Position numbers and translations under genes: made by a program
Assembly (NCBI GenBank): GCA_000002435.2
Contig: CM018792.1
DNA length: 64,000 nucleotides
Origin: Giardia intestinalis
Taxonomy: Eukaryota
Direction: 5' to 3' (one strand)
Shown: positions 36,919-47,049 of the stretch, piece by piece
Numbering within the stretch: the stretch's first letter is position 1
How the letters are laid out: each line of letters begins with the position of its first letter
The notes under the pieces: model-generated
The model's input: only the letters and a program-made list of their open reading frames with translations
Told to the model about the DNA's origin: nothing
The model's database searches: none

Positions 36919-39900
36919 GGTCTGTGTCATCCATTAGCAAAAGCCGCAATTGCCCCACGTTAAGCGCTGACCTAAGATTGATCCCAACCATTTCTCCCAC
37001 TCTTCCTAATACATCAATACTATCCCAACACTCCAAAAAGGCACGGATTGACATCATTTTGTTATGTATTAATTCGTTGGTGTAGTAGAGGGCAGCGAAC
37101 CTCTTCTTAGACGAAATGTGTATTGTTGGTATGGCTTCTATGGGTGCATCTCCGTCGGTTTTCAAGACATATCTAATTCCAGTAGAATTGGAAACAAACT
37201 CAGTTATGCAATTGACAGATGAATCTACAAAGCATTTTATAGACGAGGCGATAGCATCAGAATTATCAGCATCAGCAAGCACAGCATGTAGAGTTTCTTC
37301 TGCGTATGTATAGGTGGACCCAAACTTCAAAAGAGCTACCATCAAATTTGATAAGTGCAAGGGCAGACATCTTCTGTGCAAAAAGGCCCAGCTAAGAAGG
37401 CGTCCAAGCCTACGCAGAATCTCCACTGTTACTGCTGAAATCTCCCCTGCTGGAAGGGTGTACCGTTTAGTGTTACCATCATAGATAAGAACATGTTCTT
37501 CTGCACAAGCTTTTAAAAGGAGAGAGCTATATTCAGCATCGGTAAGATCCCCAGCTTCTGTCGAGAAGGTATACGCATGAGATGCCAGAGATGCGAACGT
37601 TGCACCAGGTTTGAAGACAGAGAGAAGATTCAGAGCCGTCAGTTCTCCTTTTAGTAAATGAGTAACTGTATTCGCACTAGATTCCTTTGTGATTCCTTTA
37701 TAAATGATATTGATGATATCGCAACGTGGCAAGGGGATTGCCTGGAAAACACCGTGCATTGAGACGGCTGCAGATGCAAAAATAGACTCGACAAGTGAAT
37801 CGATTATACCGGGGGTATCCTCGGCAGAGACCGCGTGTTGCAAACATTCTAGGGTGGGGTGATTGAACGGCAGAAGAGAAGCGCATATTCGTTGAATGAC
37901 TTTGAGACAGCAGAGGAGATTTGCCGCATACCTGTCTACGTGAGTTGATGGGGCAGACACAACAACTACATGACTTCTATCCACAACATAAGCATTGCGC
38001 AGCAAGGAATCCAGAATTGCATGCTTGGACATCCTCAGCACGGATAAGATACTCTTAAACAAATGCAGAACTTCGTCTAAAGAATATGCAGCCGTTAAGA
38101 CGGAGAGCAGGGGTTCGCCGACTATAGAGACCTCTGCATAGCCTGCAGAGAAGTCTGGAGCCATTGTAAGTGCTTGAGATAAATAGCTAGAAAGCTCGTC
38201 GACACGCCTCGTCAACGTAGGCTCTGTATCTGCGTGAACAATACAAAAGAAGTTATCCATGTGAACTAAACTATCTAGTACCGGGACTGCGTAGGCATAC
38301 TTATGAGGAAGCCCATCGCCTGAACGTTTAAGTAATCCCTCAGACACATCGAGATTTGCATTGTCCTTCATAGACCTTAGTGAGGGAACGGCATCAAATA
38401 AGCTGGGCACCACAAAGTCTATCTTCAGAGACACAAAGGAATTATCAGCTGCGTAAGAATAAAACTTAGATGCGAGCTGCTGACGCAAAGAAAGCCAATC
38501 CTGCGAAAATGCCACAGAACTATCAATCCGAAAACATTCGCTCTTGAATGGGACGCCCTTCAAGAGCGAAACTCTAACGTTATTCATAAGGCTATTGAAC
38601 TCTATCAGCAAGGAGGAAAGCCTGTCATAGTCCTTTTTCCAGGTAGCTAAGGCATGCCTCCTATCGTTAATGCATGTGAAGAAGCGTACCACAGATTTGA
38701 AAATGTCATACTGCGTGCCGAAAACGGCGTCCGCGCTGCTTTTGGCTTCCAGCTGTTTGTTGTTAATCATGTCAAAGACATCTAAAAGGGTTAAGCTCAG
38801 GCCATTGAACACACAGCGAGATCCTACATACGATTGAGAAGCGCTTTCAAGATCGCTAAGCTGCTTTACGCTCTCTTCACAGACCGAAAGCCCGCGTTCA
38901 GCAGCTTTCTTTCCATCTTGTAAGATGTTGTAGATATTGGCAAACGAAGTGAACTCTGTAGAGGTGCATTGTAGTGCTGCATCTGCCAATTTTCGACAGC
39001 TTTGTTCTTCAGCGGATGCTTCCAGTATTCTTGCAAAATATGAAGGATGCGAGTAGAAATGAGTAATACGGAAGAGCAAGTCTAATAAATGGGGGCTTTC
39101 AGGATTGTATGAAACGTTGGGGCGCGACGGCGCTGAAAGATCGATGTATGTGTGTGGCCCCACCAGCCATCGCATATCCCCATAGAACCCATTGGTGAGC
39201 AAGGGATGGAAGCTAGATGTCAAAAGCCCCTGGCGCCCAGGATTGTCCACCAGTAAGGTGACAGGGGATGCTCCCATAACGTAGTCTAGAAGCCCGATAA
39301 AGATTCCATTGACGCACCGTGGGTGCTTGTCGGCCCACTGCAGAGAGGACTTTGTATGGAAGCCTGTGGACGATGGGGTCGCATAGTCGTGCTGATGATG
39401 ATAGGCAATAGAAAGAGGATCAAGACCACGAGAATCGGCATTAATAATTCGATAAACAGCCTCGACACTATTGTCTTCCAAAGGAGCATTTTCAACGAGA
39501 CCATGTGTCACATCCTCCCTATCAATATAGTGTCGGCGCCCCTGTGCAAAGCTCCTACGCTCACTGGCTAAGGTCCTGGATGTTACTGCATTGGCAATGT
39601 CGCCTCGCACAGCTACAGTGATAATAAACGAAATGAGATCGTCCTTCAACGACTTAGCTATTTTGCATTGGCAGGAGGAGCCTCGAAAGCCTCCTATGCA
39701 GAGCGGACGAGGATTCTTGCCGACTGGGTCGCGAGATGTCGAACAGTAGAGCATGTGATGGATCGTTATGTCCTCAGCGATAATTGCAGAAAGCTCTGGT
39801 GCGGCCTTGGTCCGCAAACAAGATGTTGCACCCGACGTTCTGATATCCGCTAGACAACGAATATAGCGCTGTTCGACATCTGCACGAGTGTGCTTTGAAA

Positions 39901-41152
39901 CCGCAGTGCTATTCCATATCTTAATGTGGGAGAAATCCGCCTTTGAAGGAATAAGGTGTGGTATTCCCATATTTCTATCGTATCCTGGAACAGCGATAGC
40001 AAAGTCACGATACGCGTATTTTATGAGACGCGAGCTATACGTTGTGCTTCTGTAGGTCATGTTAACGACATTAAGACGGCAGCGTAACGATTGAAGACAG
40101 CGGGGGGTTACATAGACAGAGGTGCCATCGAAAGCAACTCCGGAACAGTCAATGTCGAAGCCATATATTACCTCACATGGACGTGAATAAAGCCTGAAGA
40201 CTATCTGGACATCTCTATGGGGATTAAGTCCAAAAATGGTTACAGCAAAGGAGGATCGCATGATGGTTGCGGATGCATTGTTCTTAGTTACCGTATCGAT
40301 AATTCGGTCGATAACCTTCCTAGCTTCTTCAACAGAACAACTATGAATGAAAAGGTCGATATCGGAAGTCCAGAACCCGTTGAGTCCGCAGATATAGTGG
40401 GGAGCTACTTCTGTACGATGTCCTGTATGTAGCGTAAGTTTGTCATTAATTAGAGCCTCAAATTTGCGTCCCTCATCCCCATACTCCTCTGGACTGAATC
40501 CTGGCAGCACACACGCAAGAACAGCACCACCTGCAGCCACCACGTTCGACCAGTCCATGCCGTCAAGGATTCCGTTTGTCAACAAGTGCCAATTTGAGAA
40601 GAATTTCTCTTGAGGGACAACTGTTGACAGCTCCAAGTTTTCTCCGGGCGTACAATAAATAGGCACTGTTTTTGGATACGGAAGACGTGACTTAACTGTG
40701 CCAGGATCGTATAGATCGTGGCACCCCTCCCAAGCCTCTATGTCCTCTATATCCTTGGCATGAAACTTCCGTCGCAAGTTATCTGCGAGAAGTTGGGTGT
40801 TTTTATATTCCTGCATAAATGAGTCCGTGAACATGTCGGTAGCTGGCTCTGACGGCTTGATACGACTGCTCCATTGATTGATGGTTAGAAGTGGGGTGTT
40901 GTCACGAAATTCTATGAAAGGAGCCATAATAGAGAGCAGAATGGGATTACTATACTCAAGCAGAAATCGTGATAAGTTCTCGTGTAACTCTAAGGGCGTG
41001 AGTTCTTCTGTAGTTATCCGAGCAGAGGATAGAAGTTCATCCACTAGCTTTGCAACATCTGGGAGACCGTCTACGTCTACACCCACTGCCCTCCATGTAT
41101 CCACAAGACAAGTAACGTGGTCTTTGAGGCGGTCCTTGATGTCCATCAACAT
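36908..41152 (-). CDS. Large hypothetical protein (1414 aa)
   Basis: Uninterrupted 4.2-kb ORF with an ATG start. There is a weak nucleotidyltransferase-like segment (VVAAGGAVLACVL...SDIDLFIH) with atypical spacing. No confident domain. Confidence 0.8.
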   Translation of the reverse strand: MLMDIKDRLKDHVTCLVDTWRAVGVDVDGLPDVAKLVDELLSSARITTEELTPLELHENLSRFLLEYSNPILLSIMAPFIEFRDNTPLLTINQWSSRIKPSEPATDMFTDSFMQEYKNTQLLADNLRRKFHAKDIEDIEAWEGCHDLYDPGTVKSRLPYPKTVPIYCTPGENLELSTVVPQEKFFSNWHLLTNGILDGMDWSNVVAAGGAVLACVLPGFSPEEYGDEGRKFEALINDKLTLHTGHRTEVAPHYICGLNGFWTSDIDLFIHSCSVEEARKVIDRIIDTVTKNNASATIMRSSFAVTIFGLNPHRDVQIVFRLYSRPCEVIYGFDIDCSGVAFDGTSVYVTPRCLQSLRCRLNVVNMTYRSTTYSSRLIKYAYRDFAIAVPGYDRNMGIPHLIPSKADFSHIKIWNSTAVSKHTRADVEQRYIRCLADIRTSGATSCLRTKAAPELSAIIAEDITIHHMLYCSTSRDPVGKNPRPLCIGGFRGSSCQCKIAKSLKDDLISFIITVAVRGDIANAVTSRTLASERRSFAQGRRHYIDREDVTHGLVENAPLEDNSVEAVYRIINADSRGLDPLSIAYHHQHDYATPSSTGFHTKSSLQWADKHPRCVNGIFIGLLDYVMGASPVTLLVDNPGRQGLLTSSFHPLLTNGFYGDMRWLVGPHTYIDLSAPSRPNVSYNPESPHLLDLLFRITHFYSHPSYFARILEASAEEQSCRKLADAALQCTSTEFTSFANIYNILQDGKKAAERGLSVCEESVKQLSDLESASQSYVGSRCVFNGLSLTLLDVFDMINNKQLEAKSSADAVFGTQYDIFKSVVRFFTCINDRRHALATWKKDYDRLSSLLIEFNSLMNNVRVSLLKGVPFKSECFRIDSSVAFSQDWLSLRQQLASKFYSYAADNSFVSLKIDFVVPSLFDAVPSLRSMKDNANLDVSEGLLKRSGDGLPHKYAYAVPVLDSLVHMDNFFCIVHADTEPTLTRRVDELSSYLSQALTMAPDFSAGYAEVSIVGEPLLSVLTAAYSLDEVLHLFKSILSVLRMSKHAILDSLLRNAYVVDRSHVVVVSAPSTHVDRYAANLLCCLKVIQRICASLLPFNHPTLECLQHAVSAEDTPGIIDSLVESIFASAAVSMHGVFQAIPLPRCDIINIIYKGITKESSANTVTHLLKGELTALNLLSVFKPGATFASLASHAYTFSTEAGDLTDAEYSSLLLKACAEEHVLIYDGNTKRYTLPAGEISAVTVEILRRLGRLLSWAFLHRRCLPLHLSNLMVALLKFGSTYTYAEETLHAVLADADNSDAIASSIKCFVDSSVNCITEFVSNSTGIRYVLKTDGDAPIEAIPTIHISSKKRFAALYYTNELIHNKMMSIRAFLECWDSIDVLGRVGEMVGINLRSALNVGQLRLLLMDDTDPTL

Positions 41153-41429
41153 TTTTTGAAATTGACTTTATTGGACTCGTTAGTCATGGCCAACAGCGTA
41201 TGATTCGAAGCCCTTATCAACCGTACTGGGCACCCTCGGGAAGCTCGAGTTTAGCTCTTAAGGCTGCCTTTATGACCCAGTAACTATCAACGTAGGCTAT
41301 AATACCTTTCCTCTGCACCTGTAACTGCCTCTTCCTGGACTATAGTAGTGTGACTACTAGCTCAGGATATCGGACAAGCTAGAAGGCTCTCCCAATAAGG
41401 ACGAAAAGAGCGGTGGTAGAAATATTACT

Positions 41430-44250
41430 TTGACACTTTCTGCAAAGACAAACCATACTTGTGTCACAGCTCTCATAAGAGCTGCAAATAGGGGAGAGTG
41501 GAAGCAGCAAGACTCCCGGCCCCCCTCCACGAAGGAGGCCAGGAGCCAGGGAGGGCTGACGCCGGAAGACAGCGGAGGCGCTTTGCATCAGCATCGCCAG
41601 GCCAACTGGGCTCTGTCAGCAGCACCAGGAACGGAGCGCCACAGGGCCATGGTAAGGGCACGGGGTCGCGAGCATGGGAGAAGCACTCTGCCCAGCGCCT
41701 GCTTGCTTGGTAGGACCGGGCGCCAGAGGGGCATGTTGCCATCGGGGTATCTCTGCCACTAATGCGCAGCGCATTGGAACACGTGCCTGGGGCCGCATCC
41801 CCTCGGCTGGACAGACAGCAGCTAGACTCGACGTGCAGATGGAAGCCGTGATAGCGGACGCCGTCTCCCGGAGCAGCGCCCCCGCACAGGGCCGGCTATG
41901 CCGCGCCAGCTCGCTCGACAAGGAGCACGGGGGTCCTTGCGACGCCCTCCACCCTTTGCTGTGTTACAGGTACCCATGGCCACGAGCAGCACAGGGGACA
42001 GCGGCGTATGTGGGCAGGGTAGCGTATTCATGGAAGGGGCAGCTGCCCCACCGACGACCACTCCCGCCCTGTGCTTGCCACAATGGGAGGGCACGTGCGC
42101 CCGTAGACCGGCAGATGCCGTGCTGGTCCTCTCGAGCAATATGCGCATCCCTGCGTGACGTCCAGCGTGGACCAGATACCACGACCTGGGCCATCGCTAC
42201 TGGCAAGGCAAGTGCTGGTTGCAGCAGGGACGCCCGCCGCCCTCCAAGATAGACCAGCGACCTGCGCACCAGCTGCTATGGGCCTAACCTGCCGGGAACC
42301 TGGATCACAGCGCACTTGTCAAGGCCGCACACTCATTTGCATACTCGCCGCTAGCGTTGGACAACTGCGAGGTGTCCGTCTCCGGCCGCGCTCGCCTTAG
42401 TGTTTGGTCCATGGTGATACGCCTCAGCCGAGGAGGCTATCCGTACGCGGCAGTTCCCGGAGAGAAGGCAGGGGTGGCCGGCGGGCCTGGGAGATAGGAT
42501 TAGCACTAGCGAGTCCAGCCATCGGCCCGGGTTGCACAAAGGACGCCTGTAGTGCCTCCCCGGCTTCTGAGCATGGAAGGGCTGTGGGGTCTGCAGATGA
42601 GACGGACGCTGCCTTTTGATTTTATGTGTTTGTAGCAGCATAGTATTTATCGGGGTCTGCTCTGTCTGAAACCGAGAACATTCGCTTTCTTTCCTTATAC
42701 AGGCTGGGATCGATTGTAGAGGTGTGCTGTGCAAACCGGTGGCGGTCAGCGTATCTACTATCCAAACAGATACTGCCTGCGTCCTCCTGTGGCAGACCAC
42801 CACCAGGACCCAATCTACACAGCTGCTCTGGCATCTGTCGGACAATCATCACCTCCAGCCGAAGGATTGCTGTACGTCACATATCTTGAGTCGTCCATCG
42901 ACCAGGTGGTGCCATAAGCTCTTGTCCCCTACGTGTCCACCCGATGCTTACTCTGAGCGCCGCCAGTTGCACTCACGTCTGCACTACTCATCTGGATGCC
43001 CCCACTCTTCAAGAGCACATGCCCGCAACCGATGCTCCGTATTACGAGAGGAGCCAGCCGGATCACTGCGCCGTGCATAGCTCTCATAGGCGTGTTGCTA
43101 TGCGCGTCCCAGCCGTTCCACCCGTAAGCTGTCACGCGTTCACATGTGCGCCAGTGCCACCGAGCTTTCGTGGTCTCGAGGGGCCCCTGATGCATGGAGC
43201 GCTTGCGCAAAGTCCTTCCACCACTGACCCAAGCCTACCCCTCGCAAGATCCTTAGCGGAGTTGCATCCGAGATGTGTGCCTGCGTTGCTGTCCAGGTGC
43301 ATGTGCCGGCCCTGGTGCTTCCCACAAGCTTGCGAGCATCGAGCTGGCCTCTACCGAACCGTATCAGAAGTCAACACCAGGATGTAGTCCCCTCGGTTGG
43401 GCTCTGCAGGCTTCCAGAGCTACGCATCAAAAGGCCGTTCTTCTTTGCGTCGTGTAACGTAGGAAAATGCATCGAGCTACTACGCCCTCTCTGTGTGGCG
43501 TGGTTTACAACGGGGGACGAGATCCCTGTGCTCATGTCTATCTGCCCAGGACCAGCCGCAGCCCGGGTTGAGGATGACAAGCGAGCATCACCTGGCTCCT
43601 TGTCAGCAGGTGGGAGATCCAGCCACCCTAGTGCCCACAGCAAAGGGTGCCGATCACTGGCAGAAGGACAAGACACCCAGGCCCCGTTCCTTCCACTGAT
43701 GGTATCTAATAAGAGACTCCTTTGTCGCCTGCACCAACAACCTCAGGCACTGTGGGTCAGAGCGCCTCCATAGTGGACAGCGGTAGCACTATGATGATCT
43801 GGGGTGATGGGAGGGCTGGCTGCCTTCTGAACCCCACCTGGCACCTTGTTATGCGATGGGGAACCTTAGTAGCATTTAGTACGCGAGATCAGAGCTATGC
43901 ACACACCAGGCGAGAGCGTCTCATGGGCTTGCCTCCGTTGGTCCACACTTCCACGGATCCGGTATCTCCTCCAAAAACTGCGAGGATCCGCTTTTGGGTG
44001 CTATCTGCCGGGTAGCCGGGCCAGTAGGTGTCGTCTGAGGGAGGACGCCACAGGGACAGAGAGAACACCGGCGCACAGGGGTTTGCAAGGGGTCGACCCG
44101 CGCAGGGAAGGCACAAGGCCCAGCTCTCCGAGGATGTAGAGACACCGGAAGAGGGGCTAGCTAGAGGCTGCAGGCACGCGGGTGGTCCCGTGCCTATTCA
44201 TGGACTTTCTGTTTCCCTGCGTGGTGGGCTGAGTATCACAGGCTACACGT
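41430..44250. other. GC-rich, ORF-poor island upstream of and adjacent to the VSP gene
   Basis: GC content is visibly far above that of the flanking genes. Only short overlapping ORFs of 192 aa or less occur in all six frames, as expected by chance in GC-rich DNA. No coding periodicity is recognisable. Confidence 0.5.
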
Positions 44251-44259
44251 AGTGGATGC

Positions 44260-44266
44260 GTTTACT
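44260..44266 (-). promoter_or_regulatory. Polyadenylation signal AGTAAAC (AGTRAAY) 11 nt after the VSP stop
   Basis: The minus strand reads TGT AGA GGA AAA GCA TAG ATACTTAGGT AGTAAAC GC. Confidence 0.7.
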
Positions 44267-44276
44267 ACCTAAGTAT

Positions 44277-46805
44277 CTATGCTTTTCCTCTACAGAGGAA
44301 CCACCAGCAGAGGAAGCCCACAAGACCCCCGACTACAACGATGACAGCCACAGAGATGCCCGCTATGGCGCCTGTGCTGAGGCCGCTCTTGTTGACGCTT
44401 CCGCCGGTACTGTCGCCATCTTTCATGAGATAGCAGAGGACGGAACCTTTATTGTTGGGCGGAGGGGCGCAGTTTAAGCAGTCCTTGACACCGGTAATAT
44501 CACCGTTGCTGTTTTCGCAAGATGTGCAGGCGCCTTCTAATGCGGTCTTGTAGTATCCTGTGGCACACGTCGTGCAGGTGTTTGCAGTATTGGCGGCTGA
44601 GCATGTCTTGCAAGTAGGATCGCACGAGGGACAGGTTCCAGCACCGTCCGGACCAAGACTATTGGTGCATGTCTGGCATTTTCCTTTGTTATCAGTTAGT
44701 GCACATACCTGCTTGCCAGGCTGTCTCGTTGTTTCATAGCACCCGCCCTCCTGGATGAAGTATCCGGCGGCGCAGACCGTGCAAGCACCGTTAGCGGCAG
44801 TGGTGCAGAACCGAGTCCTGGCCGCATTGCTTGTGCAGACGCCATTGAGCGGCACGTTGCTCCCCTTGCACTTCGAGCAGTACTTGGTACCTCCAATTGT
44901 TAGGCCGCACGTCTCGCACTCCGGGCCCTCCACGCATTGCTCCACGCACTGGCCGCCCTCATTAAGCTTGGTCTCGTCGGCGTACCTCAGCATCTTCCCG
45001 GCGGGGCAGGCCGTGCACTTGGAAGCGCCGGCCCCGCTGCACTCCGCACAGGAGGGGTCGCAGGGCGCGCACGTTTGCCCGGATAGATACGTTCCGGCCG
45101 GACAAGACCCCAAGCAAGCGTTCTTCTCTGGAGTGAGGAAGTAGTTACTTTGGCACTTTGTGCACTTCTGCTTGTCCTCCGAGCACACCTCGCAGTTGGG
45201 GAGATTGCAGCCAGCAGGCGCGACCTCGTCGCACGTGTTCCGGCCCTCGTTCTTCTGGGTCCCGTCGGGGCACTCGGCGTAGCAGCCGCCCTTGTAGAGG
45301 TAGTGCGCGTTCGTACAGGCCGTGCACGTCCCTGCCTTATCGTTTGTACCGACCGTGCACATGCCCGCGTCCGTCTTCGCCTTGCACTCCCCATTCACCG
45401 GGACCTTGTCCCCTGTGCACTTGGAGCAGAAGGTCTGGCCCCCGATTTCCACGTTGCAGCTGTCGGCGGCGCAGTTTGTCGCGCCGGGGTTTGCGGCGGC
45501 GCACGGCGTTGGGCCAGCAGGCGCGACCTCGTCGCACGTGTTCCGGCCCTCGTTCTTCTGGGTCCCGTCGGGGCACTCGGCGTAGCAGCCGCCCTTGTAG
45601 AGGTAGTGCGCGTTCGTACAGGCCGTGCACGTCCCTGCCTTATCGTTTGTACCGACCGTGCACATGCCCGCGTCCGTCTTCGCCTTGCACTCCCCATTCA
45701 CCGGGACCTTGTCCCCTGTGCACTTGGAGCAGAAGGTCTGGCCCCCGATTTCCACGTTGCAGCTGTCGGCGGCGCAGTTTGTCGCGCCGGGGTTTGCGGC
45801 GGCGCACGGCGTTGGGCCAGCAGGCGCGACCTCGTCGCACGTGTTCCGGCCCTCGTTCTTCTGGGTCCCGTCGGGGCACTCGGCGTAGCAGCCGCCCTTG
45901 TAGAGGTAGTGCGCGTTCGTACAGGCCGTGCACGTCCCTGCCTTATCGTTTGTACCGACCGTGCACATGCCCGCGTCCGTCTTCGCCTTGCACTCCCCAT
46001 TCACCGGGACCTTGTCCCCTGTGCACTTGGAGCAGAAGGTCTGGCCCCCGATTTCCACGTTGCAGCTGTCGGCGGCGCAGTTTGTCGCGCCGGGGTTTGC
46101 GGCGGCGCACGGCGTTGGGCCAGCAGGCGCGACCTCGTCGCACGTGTTCCGGCCCTCGTTCTTCTGGGTCCCGTCGGGGCACTCGGCGTAGCAGCCGCCC
46201 TTGTAGAGGTAGTGCGCGTTCGTACAGGCCGTGCACGTCCCTGCCTTATCGTTTGTACCGACCGTGCACATGCCCGCGTCCGTCTTCGCCTTGCACTCCC
46301 CATTCACCGGGACCTTGTCCCCTGTGCACTTGGAGCAGAAGGTCTGGCCCCCGATTTCCACGTTGCAGCTGTCGGCGGCGCAGTTTGTCGCGCCGGGGTT
46401 TGCGGCGGCGCACGGCGTTGGGCCAGCAGGCGCGACCTCGTCGCACGTGTTCCGGCCCTCGTTCTTCTGGGTCCCGTCGGGGCACTCGGCGTAGCAGCCG
46501 CCCTTGTAGAGGTAGTGCGCGTTCGTACAGGCCGTGCACGTCCCTGCCTTATCGTTTGTACCGACCGTGCACATGCCCGCGTCCGTCTTCGCCTTGCACT
46601 CCCCATTCACCGGGACCTTGTCCCCTGTGCACTTGGAGCAGAAGGTCTGGCCCCCGATTTCCACGTTGCAGCTGTCGGCGGCGCAGTTTGTCGCGCCGGG
46701 GTTTGCGGCGGCGCACGGCGTTGGGTTTGTCTTTGCTTTACTTGCTGTTTGCGACGCCAAGGCCATTTGCAGGGCCAAGCTTACAAAAATAAGCTTATCG
46801 AACAT
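44277..46805 (-). CDS. vsp: Variant-specific surface protein (VSP) with five tandem 101-aa repeats
   Basis: Signal peptide. Cys-rich (about 12%) with many CxxC and GGCY motifs. The C-terminal transmembrane helix plus the invariant CRGKA tail is [31 protein letters not shown]. The Giardia polyadenylation signal lies downstream. Confidence 0.95.
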   Translation of the reverse strand: MFDKLIFVSLALQMALASQTASKAKTNPTPCAAANPGATNCAADSCNVEIGGQTFCSKCTGDKVPVNGECKAKTDAGMCTVGTNDKAGTCTACTNAHYLYKGGCYAECPDGTQKNEGRNTCDEVAPAGPTPCAAANPGATNCAADSCNVEIGGQTFCSKCTGDKVPVNGECKAKTDAGMCTVGTNDKAGTCTACTNAHYLYKGGCYAECPDGTQKNEGRNTCDEVAPAGPTPCAAANPGATNCAADSCNVEIGGQTFCSKCTGDKVPVNGECKAKTDAGMCTVGTNDKAGTCTACTNAHYLYKGGCYAECPDGTQKNEGRNTCDEVAPAGPTPCAAANPGATNCAADSCNVEIGGQTFCSKCTGDKVPVNGECKAKTDAGMCTVGTNDKAGTCTACTNAHYLYKGGCYAECPDGTQKNEGRNTCDEVAPAGPTPCAAANPGATNCAADSCNVEIGGQTFCSKCTGDKVPVNGECKAKTDAGMCTVGTNDKAGTCTACTNAHYLYKGGCYAECPDGTQKNEGRNTCDEVAPAGCNLPNCEVCSEDKQKCTKCQSNYFLTPEKNACLGSCPAGTYLSGQTCAPCDPSCAECSGAGASKCTACPAGKMLRYADETKLNEGGQCVEQCVEGPECETCGLTIGGTKYCSKCKGSNVPLNGVCTSNAARTRFCTTAANGACTVCAAGYFIQEGGCYETTRQPGKQVCALTDNKGKCQTCTNSLGPDGAGTCPSCDPTCKTCSAANTANTCTTCATGYYKTALEGACTSCENSNGDITGVKDCLNCAPPPNNKGSVLCYLMKDGDSTGGSVNKSGLSTGAIAGISVAVIVVVGGLVGFLCWWFLCRGKA
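45200..46725. repeat. 303-nt tandem repeat, about 5 virtually identical copies, within the VSP CDS
   Basis: Identical spurious antisense ORFs recur every 303 nt (45322, 45625, 45928, 46231, 46534). The VSP protein repeats the 101-aa unit CAAANPGATNCAADSCNVEIGGQTFCSKC...NTCDEVAPAGPTP five times. Confidence 0.9.
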
Positions 46806-47049
46806 TGGGCCAGCGCTCGGGCAATAGCCATTTAGAAAGCAAGTTTCTTGAGAATTACGCCATGAAATGATGAAGATGGTATGATATTTGTTGTCGATAC
46901 CAGGAGTGTGGCTTTCATCGACAAAGGGTGCCTAGATCAGTGTTCAGGAGAATAATAGAATCACATGCTGTCATCTACAGTATTTGGTGCAGAGAGGAAA
47001 GTGGAGGAGCTCAGATGAGAGTAAGTATGCAGCTAGAGGTACGCTATTA

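Noticed and set aside
41430..44250. Possibility that the GC-rich islands are rDNA
   Set aside because: Giardia rDNA is extremely GC-rich. But the segment lacks the conserved SSU/LSU core stretches I can recall (for example GTGCCAGCAGCCGCGGTAATTC), and it is interspersed with A/T-richer patches.
45150..46835. Very long + strand ORFs (561 aa and 544 aa) and a ladder of 87-100-aa ORFs in several frames across the VSP repeats
   Set aside because: They are antisense to, or out of frame with, the VSP gene. They consist of Arg/Ala/Pro-rich low-complexity translations and repeat every 303 nt. They are artefacts of GC-rich repetitive coding DNA lacking stop codons.
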